From positions 10,162-74,161 of the forward strand of contig CAWCCK010000014.1 of the NCBI GenBank assembly GCA_963794025.1: 64,000 bases of DNA, in the 5' to 3' direction. Below, piece after piece: positions 10,901 through 20,092 of the stretch; the stretch's first letter is position 1, and each line of letters begins with the position of its first letter. Origin of the DNA: Ignavibacteriota bacterium (lineage in GTDB: Bacteria; Bacteroidota; Ignavibacteria; Palsa-1295). The notes beneath the pieces were generated by a model, which worked only from the letters and a program-made list of their open reading frames with translations, was not told the origin of the DNA and made no database searches. Both the position numbers and the translations under genes were made by a program.

Positions 10901-11134
10901 GCTATCGTTCCCAATCCCTCAACTGATGTAGTGCAAATTAGCTTTATCAATCCCACCTCATCGGCAATTTCATATCAACTCTTCGATGCGCTTGGTCAAA
11001 CGCGAATGAGCGGTGTAACGGCAAGCAATGCGTTATCCCTCGATGTATCTTCACTTCCGGAAGGCATCTATTTCTTCCGCGCCACGAACGGAAGCAGCTT
11101 CTCGGCTTCAAACAAGCTGGCGATCGTAAGATAA
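7919..11134 (+). CDS. T9SS-secreted protein: BNR/Asp-box propeller, Ig-like (choice-of-anchor D/ASH) repeats, cohesin-like domain, T9SS CTD
   Basis: Signal peptide; Asp-boxes STDSGVTW, SLDGGLTW, SSDSGRSW, TTDSGNTW; repeats (N/D)xGCD(T/S); CTD PNPSTD..LFDALG..DVSSLPEGIYFFR. Confidence 0.85.
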   Translation: MKLRKLVLFLLVPFTVSNPSVHAQMNRWEEIGQLGLGIQCGYFWNRDNGVIATGDGQYYYMKNGGGWKAGQKLPKGALVNSIRCFDGSTLYSPVLGYANTSEYELWRSTDSGVTWNQLSAGIVTNGPGDNGPDVYWNYRLNGPVLRGSTDVRLDSLDIISTWDYTGQGPPTSSLDGGLTWGTGTLTKASIYYNYYSGCGGCADQINKLYYATAEAGYPGMFRSSDSGRSWTCLTSLPQNLFMMDDVEGLYDKTFIQTSQGMYETTDSGNTWNAIGGPSRANSDDSRFFVFGCTGQAVVAFDDQGGIWIMNGWDAPDPEQLQSTFSATAQECDTTTILVTVAADFMFGRLLVKIDGDTSIFTLLSPDTINVDSSSQQIVIRFVAHDLVQHNAEISLTPIDFGGCAITHPIIGQAHLAPLAFNSPIQVLGCAPVGGEILIKNPNCELLQIIGDSSKSPGLVLLPLVPISSDTAAIPFTCLSLPKNGESIDTVEIRGFFQPSNTNPFDTTVIVKIIYQYIPSTLAASETNYDLGTITQCLSADSSFVLQNTGCDTLYIPLSQYGLATGWTLTPATDTLELLPGQFDTIHIHFSSLIPGVHNQVLTYNYFGAHSGVVSISMSASVTAVVPAVTLSDTAIDLGTRTICANDTTIDISFTDLGCDSISFTNFQLGSGTPFQLVNADDTIVPPNGIVHKNIIYHGAQDGSESQTLTVHISRTDGSFGRDTSIHFSVNVTGQLATLQTQTSAIDVGQTYICEERDTSVVIQNIGCDTVCITGVSVVPTNFIVTSADAFCIAPGEQDTIALLTQIDTTGGTLANHATLTFTSSPLTSLGTIALSREIVYPVTWGLHLSPPDSAIAGADVTFQVIQSGSLPPDITALDLTLAYEDDLLGFVRAEEPSVSPGAYVRTATGLANQNFQIAPVGNDSILATLHFFPYLTVSSQTAIDIENLSLVSSLGRSQDCIASVATGQTEFTLRSECGYGEIQGFLDSGRVFIDAIVPNPSTDVVQISFINPTSSAISYQLFDALGQTRMSGVTASNALSLDVSSLPEGIYFFRATNGSSFSASNKLAIVR

Positions 11135-11137
11135 CGA

Positions 11138-11224
11138 CCCCTCACCCAACCTCTCCCCCACGGGGGAGAAGAGTTTGTTCTTATCCCTTCCTCATTCGTA
11201 ATTCGTAATTTGAAATTCGCAATT
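11138..11224. repeat. CCCTCACCC..CTCTCCC/GGGAGA palindromic repeat followed by 7-bp (ATTCGTA)n microsatellite
   Basis: Hairpin ctcccc cacg ggggag, then attcgta attcgta atttgaa attcgca. Confidence 0.6.
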
Positions 11225-11607
11225 TAATACAGCCCCTTCACCTCGTCGTTGCGGCGTCGCACTTCTGCGCGGATGACAGCAAGGGATCGGCGCACCCAAT
11301 CGTAGGTTTCTTTATCGGGACGCTCGCCATTTAGGAACCGCACCATCGCGGATTCGCTGGAAAGCACATCGTCAATGCTGTTTACTCCAGGTCCTTTCGA
11401 GGTGTCCTTTCGCATGATCAGATCCTCGAAATTCGCACCCATGGCATCGGCAATTTTTTTGAGGGTATGATCGGTCACGCCGGACTCGTCGTTTTCGATA
11501 CGGCTTAAATGCGCCTGCGTGATTTTCGCTTCGCGGGCAACGTGGCCCTGCTTCATACCATGCTCTTCGCGCGCTCTTCGAATTCGTTCACCTTGAGTTT
11601 CAGCCAT
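11224..11607 (-). CDS. XRE/Cro-C1 family HTH transcriptional regulator
   Basis: GERIRRAREEHGMKQGHVAREAKITQAHLSRIEND..TLKKIADAMG. ATG at 11607 preferred. Confidence 0.9.
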   Translation of the reverse strand: MAETQGERIRRAREEHGMKQGHVAREAKITQAHLSRIENDESGVTDHTLKKIADAMGANFEDLIMRKDTSKGPGVNSIDDVLSSESAMVRFLNGERPDKETYDWVRRSLAVIRAEVRRRNDEVKGLY

Positions 11608-11741
11608 ATTTTTAAGCGGTTCTGTATGTTTTTGTTGTGAAATAAGTAAGATAAACAATTTCTTATCAAAGAACAGTTCGTTTTTAAATTTTTATGTGGA
11701 ACGATGGTTATACATAGCAAGTTACGTGCTTTTATGTTCAT

Positions 11742-11784
11742 TTAAAATAAAAACCCCCTGGCGCTTGAGGTGCCAAGGGGTCTT
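11742..11784 (-). terminator. Intrinsic terminator-like hairpin
   Basis: Minus strand reads acccc-t-tggcac ctcaa gcgcca-g-ggggt followed by ttttatttt. Confidence 0.65.
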
Positions 11785-11992
11785 AGGTGAGAGTGCGGGT
11801 GGTTAGCCCACATCGGATGTGCGACCATCCGTTTTATTTTGCGAAGCGCGCTCATCATTTGCGCGCCTTGGTTGCGAAACTCTGGTGCGAAGGGGTCTTG
11901 AGAACCCCCTGCGCACATGAGGGGAGAGAAAAGCCGGATGAATTATCCGGTGGTTGCGATTTTATCTATTCTTTTGCGAAATAGAGAAAAAT

Positions 11993-12679
11993 TTAACAGA
12001 CGATTGCCGAGCGAGCAGCTTTGTTAAAGCCCCAGCGCTGCAAGTTGCGAACCGCGATATGCGGCGAACCCGTGATATAGAATCGATACCCGTCAAAGCT
12101 GACTTCGTCGGACAACATGAGCACGCCGCTCGCTCTTGCCGAACAAACGGTATCGGCAAATTCAAATTCGTTCAGATCAGCGATCGCCGAAACTCCGAGC
12201 GATACCATACGTCCGGTAAAATCTGTTCCTTCAAAAAGATGCGCTTTCGAGCTCCAGCCTGATCGATCGATCGTGAGCCGTTGTGCCGATGCATTCTTAT
12301 CGGACTCGAGCTGTGTATTAGAAATAACGGTGACACCGGCATCCGAACCCTCGCTATAATTTTGATAGCGGTAAAGACGAACGAGTTCTTCCGATCTCGC
12401 GAATGATTCGGCGTAGATCGTTCGCTGGCTCCATGCCTCGAACGCATCGCGCGAATCGAAGAGATGTACTAAGTTTTGCTCTTCCGTAGCCGAACCTGCC
12501 ACGATGACCGGCTCGCGGGTATTGATCAAAAAGTACTCGAATTGACGATGTGTGAGCACATGACCATCAAAATAGAAGTGCGGTCCACCATCCGTCGCCG
12601 GCGGCGGACGGTATGCTTTCCGATTCATTTCTTCTAAGATGAGCGAGTGCTCTTCTAATACTAATGCTTGGGGCATCAT
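11993..12679 (-). CDS. Beta/gamma-crystallin domain protein without signal peptide
   Basis: Greek-key pairs LFEGTDFTGR...FADTVCSAR and LSDEVSFDGY...FNKAARSA. Confidence 0.75.
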   Translation of the reverse strand: MMPQALVLEEHSLILEEMNRKAYRPPPATDGGPHFYFDGHVLTHRQFEYFLINTREPVIVAGSATEEQNLVHLFDSRDAFEAWSQRTIYAESFARSEELVRLYRYQNYSEGSDAGVTVISNTQLESDKNASAQRLTIDRSGWSSKAHLFEGTDFTGRMVSLGVSAIADLNEFEFADTVCSARASGVLMLSDEVSFDGYRFYITGSPHIAVRNLQRWGFNKAARSAIVC

Positions 12680-12760
12680 AATTTACCTCGTAATTTTCTA
12701 ATTGACGGGCCAAAGGCCCCATTCTTCAAGAATACTAATTCGGGCATCGAATCATCTTCT

Positions 12761-12840
12761 TGATGGGGTTTCCGTAGGAATCCTAAAAGCCTTAGGATTT
12801 CGCAGGTTTTACCCCGTCATTAGTTTCGCTTACAAAAATA
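12761..12840 (-). promoter_or_regulatory. TATTTTTG promoter (12840-12833) followed by a long leader hairpin
   Basis: Stem tgatggggt/accccgtca encloses aatcctaa aagcc ttaggatt. Confidence 0.5.
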
Positions 12841-12916
12841 CGGTGGTACAGGGGTAAGACACTAATCACATCATTACATTTTTTCACCGCATTTTAGCGG
12901 CTAATGAAAACACTTT

Positions 12917-12945
12917 TAGGCCACCCTGTAACTTCGGGTGGCCTA
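12917..12945. other. Perfect 10-bp inverted repeat (possible terminator or operator)
   Basis: taggccaccc tgtaacttc gggtggccta, with no clear U-tract. Confidence 0.55.
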
Positions 12946-13146
12946 CTAAATAGACGCTAAATTATTACGCAACCGATTGCAATTCATCCACTTACGGACG
13001 AACTCGCTTTCCATTCCTCACCACAAGGAACGGATTAAAACATGGAAATTCTTCCTCGATTTCCACCGAAATCTCACGCCAAAAGCATGTTTTAGCGTGA
13101 AATTTCTTACAAAATTTTCAAACCTAAACCTAATCGTTGCCGATTT

Positions 13147-13509
13147 TCAGCTAACCTCATCGGTATCGACCCATGAACCCAGCACGCCGCAAGGCGTTCC
13201 GCCGCCCATTTGCCACACCATCTGAATGGTACCGCCCGTCGGGCATTGCATAACAGCGTTCGCACCGGCAGGATCGTATTGACCGAAATAAGAAATTCCA
13301 ACGACCTGATCGCCATTAAGCTGAGTAGGAATGTTTTGCCCCGGAGGAATGACTACCGGTATTTGAGCACCCGATTGCATGTTCAACGTGATCGTCAATA
13401 GCGTCGAACCCTGGTTCGCGCTATTGAATGTCATGTTAGTGGCATAGATCGAAAAAATGCCGATGACGATAGCCGCGAGAACTGCTGAAAACTTTTTGTT
13501 ACGTGTCAT
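13147..13509 (-). CDS. Small secreted hypothetical protein (120 aa, two Cys)
   Basis: MTRNKKFSAVLAAIVIGIFSIYA is a signal peptide from ATG 13509. The mature part looks beta-rich. Confidence 0.7.
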   Translation of the reverse strand: MTRNKKFSAVLAAIVIGIFSIYATNMTFNSANQGSTLLTITLNMQSGAQIPVVIPPGQNIPTQLNGDQVVGISYFGQYDPAGANAVMQCPTGGTIQMVWQMGGGTPCGVLGSWVDTDEVS

Positions 13510-14347
13510 AAGTGGTGTGTCGGATGCTGATGAAAAAAATAGCGTAGAAAATCCCTCTCCCGCTTGGTACAACTAAGCACCAGCGGAATAAAATACTGAA
13601 AAAATTGTTTACCTCTTCAAGCAACGCTTTAGCGCGCACTTTGCAAAATCGCTCGCAATAGCGCGGGCTTCGCAAAAATTCTATCCAATGCACTCGCCTA
13701 CCATAATAAACCGTTGGCAGACAATACTAACATTGGCTTAAGGTCATGTCGTCAAACGCAGCAGTATATAAATGTTGCTGGTATATTTTCGTGCCTTACT
13801 TTCATTTGCTAAGGTCGTTTTAAGCCTTTTACCGTTTTAAATAGAAGGCTAACAGTTCAGAGAGCGGTACCTTTTTATAAGCAACGCCCCCTTATTTAAA
13901 CGAAACTCGAAGGTCGAAAATCATGGGCGAAGACAAGAAAAATGAAGAAACATGAATTTATTTTCAACTACCTTCCTATGAGAAACTATGATTACATGTT
14001 AACAAAATTAAAATAGGCAAAATTTAGTTGAATTCATCGTTTATAGATAATATTACTATCTGACTATTTTAATATACAGCTATGTGGTATTCCTATAGAA
14101 ACTCTCAGTCGTCTCAGGAACGCAATGGTCAGTCTATCGGGTCTAAAAGCTTTAGAACGATAGCAACAACGCTTTCTTTAAGATAACTGCTTCTTCCAGG
14201 ATCTTTGAAATCTTATTTCTCATGCCGGATTTTACATAATGATCTTGCCGCTATGAAAAGCGGCCCGTTTATAGGAAATTTGTTGTTATCAAATTTTAAG
14301 CTCTTTTATAGAGTGCCTATTTCTAATGGCAAAGCTTAATCGTAACC

Positions 14348-15877
14348 ATGAAGTATTTCCCTGAGATCATCCGAATCCTCGAAAAATTCCGAGAACGGCG
14401 AACCGATACCGTCGATACCGATTTTCGCGCCCAAACGGAAAATAAGGAATTCCTGCTTTATGATGGAATCCGTACCGGCAAATTTCCGAACGATAATGAA
14501 GCTGCCGATGAGCTGTATGAAGTTTCGCCAACTGACACCCGTTATAGCTCGATGAAAAATCGGCTCAAAGTCCGAATGTTAAATTCAATTTTTCATCTGA
14601 ATCTGAGACGAGCAGGTTATTCCGAAGCAGCTCAAGCATTATATGCAGCACAACGGCTCGCTCTTATTGTGCAAATCATGACAATACTTGGTGCTCGGAG
14701 AGCGGCAAAACATCTCGCTGAAAGGACTCTTCACATTGCAGAAAAATTTGCGATTTCGGATGTAGCCCTCGCAATGGCTATTCGGCTCAGGAAAGACGCA
14801 GGAATTACTGCACGTCCCAATGAATTTGAACGCTATGACAAACTTGTAAAAAAACTTTTTCGAGCTTATGAGTCGGAACTGCTCTCTACAGAATATTTTG
14901 ACCGAATAGGAATTATTTTTCAGCGATATTCGGGTGATGTTGCTAAACATGCAGAACAAATTGAAGCATTCGAAACGGAACTCCGTCCTTTATTAAATCA
15001 GGACAGCACCTACACGTTCCGTTTAAATTACTACCGCGTGTTAGTAGTATCGCTTAATGCCTCTAATCGCCATTCGGAACTTATCAAAGGAGCTGGTGAG
15101 GGAATTGCCTTTCTCGAATCGTTTCCAAAATTGCTTCAGAAGCAGCAGTTGGCGGAATTTTGGTTCTATCAGCTTAACAGCTATATTGGTATCCGTAATT
15201 TCGAAGGGGCCGATGAAGCGGTGAAAGAATGCGCTGCGTTGTACAATAAAGGTTCCAATAATTGGTTCTCGTTCTCGGAACAATATTTTTATCTGCTCAT
15301 GACGACCCTCCGGTTCCATGAAGCCGATGCACTTTATACCGAAGTGACGACACATACACGCTTTGGCGCGCAGGGCGATATTCTGCAAGAACATTTCGAG
15401 ATCTTTAAGTTTTACCTCACCTTCGCGCTAAAAACGCTGCCGGACTATAAACCTGCTGCGCAACCCGCCAAATTTAATTTCGAAGCCATGGTGCGCCGAG
15501 CCGATGACGCCAAACGCGATAAGCCCGGCATGAACATGGCGCTTCGTTTCGCGCAGATCATACATTTGTTCGATATTCAGGCCTACGATAAAATTGACGA
15601 TCTCATCGAGCCGATCCAAAATTATCGCACGCGCCATATCAAAGCAAGCTACACCGAGCAAAGCACCCTCTTTTTCCGTTTGATAAAAATCATGGTGAAG
15701 TATTCGTTCGAATACAAACGATGCCTTCGCGTGGGATCGAAACTTCACGAGCAACTGAAGAACGGTTCGTTCCTGAACGTCGATCCAAATCAGGAAATAC
15801 AAATCCTTCCCTACGCCTGGCTTTGGGATTGGATGCTCGAACGCATGAAAGAACGCTCTCCCGCAAGTCAGAGGTAA
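14348..15877 (+). CDS. Hypothetical all-helical protein, putative N-terminal HTH plus TPR-like repeats
   Basis: NDNEAADELYEVSPTDTRYSSMKNRLKVRMLNSI is HTH-like. It is followed by helical repeats such as RNFEGADEAVKECAALY and LRFHEADALYTEV. Confidence 0.6.
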   Translation: MKYFPEIIRILEKFRERRTDTVDTDFRAQTENKEFLLYDGIRTGKFPNDNEAADELYEVSPTDTRYSSMKNRLKVRMLNSIFHLNLRRAGYSEAAQALYAAQRLALIVQIMTILGARRAAKHLAERTLHIAEKFAISDVALAMAIRLRKDAGITARPNEFERYDKLVKKLFRAYESELLSTEYFDRIGIIFQRYSGDVAKHAEQIEAFETELRPLLNQDSTYTFRLNYYRVLVVSLNASNRHSELIKGAGEGIAFLESFPKLLQKQQLAEFWFYQLNSYIGIRNFEGADEAVKECAALYNKGSNNWFSFSEQYFYLLMTTLRFHEADALYTEVTTHTRFGAQGDILQEHFEIFKFYLTFALKTLPDYKPAAQPAKFNFEAMVRRADDAKRDKPGMNMALRFAQIIHLFDIQAYDKIDDLIEPIQNYRTRHIKASYTEQSTLFFRLIKIMVKYSFEYKRCLRVGSKLHEQLKNGSFLNVDPNQEIQILPYAWLWDWMLERMKERSPASQR

Positions 15878-15912
15878 GAAGTAAGAGTTTATAAAACATT
15901 GATTAATCAATA

Positions 15913-16041
15913 TGTCATCCTGAGCGGAGTTTGTTTCGACGAAGGAGAAACAAACGGAGTCGAAGGATCTTTTGCATTACCAGAGATTCTTCGACTTCGC
16001 AACACTCCGCTTCGCGGAGTGTTGCTTCGCTCAGAATGACA
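15913..16041. repeat. REP-like composite palindrome (TGTCATCCTGAGCG...CGCTCAGAATGACA family)
   Basis: Terminal inverted arms and inner GAAGGATC/GATTCTTC. Related copies at 41209, 43369 and 53174. Confidence 0.85.
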
Positions 16042-16084
16042 ATCCTTCTTCATCGCAGAGCCCTTAAATACTGAAAACCGATCT

Positions 16085-16984
16085 ATGTCAGAACTACACT
16101 ACCCACTCCGAACGCGCGCAGAGGAATTCTTCCGAAGCATGCAGGAGGAGATCAGCTCCGCGCTTGAAATCCTCGATGGAGCAGAAAAATTTTTTCAGGA
16201 AACGTGGGAGCGTCCCGGAGGTGGTGGCGGACGAACGCGCATTCTTACCGAAGGAGAAATTTTTGAAAAAGCAGGCGTGAATTTCTCATCCGTGCATGGC
16301 GATGCACTCGAATCGACTGCCGAAAATAAAATTACTTTTTTTGCAACCGGCGTTTCATTAGTGCTGCATCCACGATCGCCAAAGATTCCCACGGTTCATG
16401 CGAATTTCCGATATTTCGAGCAATCCAATGGCATGGCGTGGTTCGGCGGCGGAATGGATCTCACGCCCTACTATCTCGATGAAGAAGACGCATTCCATTT
16501 TCATCATACGCTCAAGATGGCATGTGACAAGCACGATCTAAATTATTACCCACGTTTCAAAAAGTGGTGTGACGAATACTTTTACATCAAGCACCGCGAA
16601 GAAACACGCGGCATCGGCGGGATCTTTTTCGATAATCTTTCTGCAACCGATACGCACGAGCGTGAAAAGATATTCGCGTTCGTGCAGGACGCGGCACTAT
16701 CGTTCCTGCCGGCTTACATTCCCATCGTCGAAAAGCACAAGGATGAACATTTCACAGAAGACGAAAAACATTGGCAGCTTCTTCGGCGTGGACGCTATGT
16801 GGAGTTCAATCTCGTCTATGATCGTGGCACCCGTTTTGGACTCGAAACAAATGGCCGCATCGAGAGTATTCTTATGAGCCTTCCGACCCTCGCACGATGG
16901 GAATACGATGTCCATCCCACAGTCGGTTCACCGGAGGCCAAGCTCGAAGCCGTGCTGAAACACCCGCGCGAGTGGGCGATCTGA
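16085..16984 (+). CDS. hemF: Oxygen-dependent coproporphyrinogen III oxidase
   Basis: WERPGGGGG, FEKAGVNFS, WFGGGMDLTPYY, RGIGGIFFD, RRGRYVEFNLVYDRGT. Confidence 0.97.
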   Translation: MSELHYPLRTRAEEFFRSMQEEISSALEILDGAEKFFQETWERPGGGGGRTRILTEGEIFEKAGVNFSSVHGDALESTAENKITFFATGVSLVLHPRSPKIPTVHANFRYFEQSNGMAWFGGGMDLTPYYLDEEDAFHFHHTLKMACDKHDLNYYPRFKKWCDEYFYIKHREETRGIGGIFFDNLSATDTHEREKIFAFVQDAALSFLPAYIPIVEKHKDEHFTEDEKHWQLLRRGRYVEFNLVYDRGTRFGLETNGRIESILMSLPTLARWEYDVHPTVGSPEAKLEAVLKHPREWAI

Positions 16985-17015
16985 GGTGCAAACTATCATT
17001 ATTAAATTCTTTCAC

Positions 17016-17831
17016 ATGCGAATATTTTTCGTTCTCGCCATCGGAATTTTATTTCAAAATGTGTGCTCTGCACAATCCGCCGAATTTCAAGATTCCATTC
17101 ACGAACGTTACCTAAAAAATGGCGCGTGGCGTCACTCCATTTTTTCGAAAGAATACGGTGAGTGTATCGATAGCGCGTTGTCCGCTTCTCCGCACGATGC
17201 GTATCTCTGGCAGCAGCGTGGGATGCCCTATTTCAAGCAAATGAAATATCAGGAAGGAATGCCGTACATCGATAGCGCCGTAAAATATGACACGACCGAA
17301 TACCTTCCCTACCGCGCATTTCTAAAGTGCATTTTTCAGAAAGATTACCTCGGAGCGATTGCGGATTTCACCATTTTGCAGCACGATCATCCAAACGCCG
17401 GTGTAATGGATCACGAATTTAATTTTTATCTCGGTCTTTGCTATCTGCAACTCAGCAATTATGAGCGTGCCGACAATCTCTTTTCCTCGTGTCTTTCAAA
17501 CGATCGCGCGCTCGGTGGAAACTGGGTGCATCCGCTCCATCTTTTCTATCTCGGCGTTGCTCGGTATGAAGAAGGCGAATATACACAGGCCATTATCAGC
17601 TTCGATAGTGCGCTTGATATCTACCCGCATTTCTCTGATGCTGAATACTATAAGGCGTCGTGTCTCGCGGCCACGGATCGGCATGAAGCCTCCATCGCAT
17701 TGCGAAATGTAGCGGAGGATGATTTTATGGCAGGCTATACCATCAACGAGGATAACGCCGTGTATGAACGCTATCCCTATCAGTTAGAGAGGAAATGGTT
17801 CAATAGCGTGCCAAATACGTCGAGGAATTAA
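17016..17831 (+). CDS. Secreted tetratricopeptide repeat protein
   Basis: Signal peptide; TPR motifs FYLGLCYLQLSNYERA and FYLGVARYEEGEYTQAI. Confidence 0.8.
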   Translation: MRIFFVLAIGILFQNVCSAQSAEFQDSIHERYLKNGAWRHSIFSKEYGECIDSALSASPHDAYLWQQRGMPYFKQMKYQEGMPYIDSAVKYDTTEYLPYRAFLKCIFQKDYLGAIADFTILQHDHPNAGVMDHEFNFYLGLCYLQLSNYERADNLFSSCLSNDRALGGNWVHPLHLFYLGVARYEEGEYTQAIISFDSALDIYPHFSDAEYYKASCLAATDRHEASIALRNVAEDDFMAGYTINEDNAVYERYPYQLERKWFNSVPNTSRN

Positions 17832-17843
17832 CCTGGATGATGT

Positions 17844-19976
17844 TCAATGCGCTATCATCACCTTCCGCACGATAGTTCCATCTGAAATCTCCGCTTTTAC
17901 GAGGTAAACGCCGCTTGGCACACTCGCCACACTCGCGGATAGCATCGTGCTGTGTGCCGATGGAATTTTAATCAACGAACGCCCCGTCACATCGAACATC
18001 TCCGCAGATTGAATCTCATCGGACGATGTGATCGTCAGCACATTGTTCGTTACCGAGACATCCAGATCGCCGGATGGCGATGGTTGCTTGGCGACGAATG
18101 CGCTTGCGGAGATGAAGCGGTAAAGGCCTACATTGGTATATCTGGTTGTACCTATTGTTGTCATCGTCGTGGCACCAAAAATATTCCCAAATGAATCAAT
18201 TGCTATCATCGCACCAGTCTGATCGACAAAATTTGTAAAAAACAATGAATCTGGCTCACTACAGAGGGTATCGAGGATGTCCCCCGATTTTGATTCTCTA
18301 ATAAAAGTTTCAGGCTGAAACTGATAAAACGGAATATTAATTTGAAGCATGGTGCCATCCGGATTCTCTGCAAACGCTCCATTGGGTTGCAGCCAGCCCG
18401 AATCTGGGCTTTCGCCAGGGCTGAGTAGGTGTATCCCTTCACCATCGCTGAGAACTATTGCCGAATTTCCGCTTCCGCCTGTAATCCCATTTATCGGAAA
18501 ATTTGGCGTATCGACCCGCCATGTTGCACCATCGTCGCTGGTGAAATGAATAGCGGCCAGCGTAGCAAACCATAGATTTTGTCCACGCTGTACCATCCCC
18601 CATGTCTCGCCAGAATCAAGATGCCAATAGGCCGGGGCCGGGTCGGTGAAATGAACAAAATCGGCCCAGGTCGATCCACTATCGGTCGAGCGCATGAAAC
18701 GCTCGCTGCCATAGGTAAGCCATAGTATTCCATTAGGGCTTGCATAGATTCCCGCTCTTCCCACTCCCGGAGGCACATTCAGTTGCTTATATGTCGCCCC
18801 ACCATCATACGAAACGTAATTGATATAATTGGTGGAATCACTAAAAGGACTATGTGCATAGTAGTTCCCATCTTCCATCAATTGACCTTGAATCTCATTT
18901 CGATTCATTCTTCGCCGCCATGTTGCACCGTGATCACTCGATGACCAAATCCCGCCGATCCCATCGAACGCTTGAATCGTTCCTGTTGGATCGACAGCTA
19001 CTTCATCGATTTCGAGATTGTTCGAAAGTGGCAGAATGTATTGGACCATTCTTCCACTGTCATACGAAACGGCCACGGCAGCACCGTTATTCTGGAAGCC
19101 GATAAATCCATAACTGGCCGCTTCCCAAAGGTCAACCTTGTTTGAACTGCCGAACGATTTCCACGTAGCACCGCTATCTATCGATACTTCCGGGGATGAC
19201 CCATCGAGCGCATACAGTCGGCCGATCGAATCGACACTAATGGAGAGTTGATCAAGCTTCGTTATCACATATCCATTCATCAACCACGAGGCAGTGCCAC
19301 TTCTTCCGCCGTCGAGAATGATGTCGTTCCACGGAGTTCGAAGAAGCCGAGTACCTGTGATATCCCACCATATATTATTCGAGGAAAAGGTCGAATCGAA
19401 ACGGTACAATTTATCATAGCTCACGAGCAATCGATTGTTATTGTCGAATATCATGGCATTCACACCGGGCATAAGCGTCGGCGTCACCACTTGCTGCCAC
19501 GCTCCGGCATTGTTTCTCCGATAAATTCCCGCGCCCATTGTTCCGGCGTATGGCACACAATTAGTGTCGAATGCAAAAGCGGAAACGGTCGCGCCCGGGA
19601 AATTGGATAAAATCTGTCCATCGCCGCTCCATGTGGTTCCGTCATTTGAAAAAAAGATGTCGCCGAGATTGTCCAATGCCAACAAATCCCCATTCGGCCC
19701 AAGTGCAAGCATGGTAATATCGAGATCGCCATTCAGTCCCGTATTAATCTGCGTCCAATTTTCTCCTTCGTCGGTGGATTTGAAGACGCCCTTATCCGAG
19801 GTAGCCATATAGACGAGGCTGCCCGGCCCGGCAACGATCTGCGTTACGCTGTCCGGAAATGGATCGCCCTGAATGAGCTGCCAGTGCCCCGCAGCAGCGG
19901 ATTGGCTGAAGCAGGTTTTTGGCTGGGTCGAAGTAATGCAAACAAAAAATGCAAGGAGCAAACTGGCTTTTTTCAT
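17844..19976 (-). CDS. T9SS-secreted BNR-repeat beta-propeller protein
   Basis: Signal peptide; STDEGENW, SIDSGATW, SSDHGATW, STDSGSTW; CTD MFDVTGR..VPSGVYLVK..RKVMI. Confidence 0.85.
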   Translation of the reverse strand: MKKASLLLAFFVCITSTQPKTCFSQSAAAGHWQLIQGDPFPDSVTQIVAGPGSLVYMATSDKGVFKSTDEGENWTQINTGLNGDLDITMLALGPNGDLLALDNLGDIFFSNDGTTWSGDGQILSNFPGATVSAFAFDTNCVPYAGTMGAGIYRRNNAGAWQQVVTPTLMPGVNAMIFDNNNRLLVSYDKLYRFDSTFSSNNIWWDITGTRLLRTPWNDIILDGGRSGTASWLMNGYVITKLDQLSISVDSIGRLYALDGSSPEVSIDSGATWKSFGSSNKVDLWEAASYGFIGFQNNGAAVAVSYDSGRMVQYILPLSNNLEIDEVAVDPTGTIQAFDGIGGIWSSSDHGATWRRRMNRNEIQGQLMEDGNYYAHSPFSDSTNYINYVSYDGGATYKQLNVPPGVGRAGIYASPNGILWLTYGSERFMRSTDSGSTWADFVHFTDPAPAYWHLDSGETWGMVQRGQNLWFATLAAIHFTSDDGATWRVDTPNFPINGITGGSGNSAIVLSDGEGIHLLSPGESPDSGWLQPNGAFAENPDGTMLQINIPFYQFQPETFIRESKSGDILDTLCSEPDSLFFTNFVDQTGAMIAIDSFGNIFGATTMTTIGTTRYTNVGLYRFISASAFVAKQPSPSGDLDVSVTNNVLTITSSDEIQSAEMFDVTGRSLIKIPSAHSTMLSASVASVPSGVYLVKAEISDGTIVRKVMIAH

Positions 19977-20092
19977 AGATTTTGGCACTTATTAAACTAA
20001 CGAGAACTAATATACGACATTTTATCACCAAAACCAAATGCTTCTGACGGAACCGCCATGAAGCCGTATCAGTTTTCACCCCGCTTATCAAA

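Noticed and set aside
11742..11858. 38-aa His-containing leader peptide (his attenuator)
   Set aside because: The ORF runs through the terminator, the His codons are not consecutive, and the downstream gene is not a his gene.
12761..12820. c-di-GMP-I riboswitch in the crystallin leader
   Set aside because: Only a superficial GGTAAAAC..GAAA resemblance; the GACGCAAA junction and the second stem are missing.
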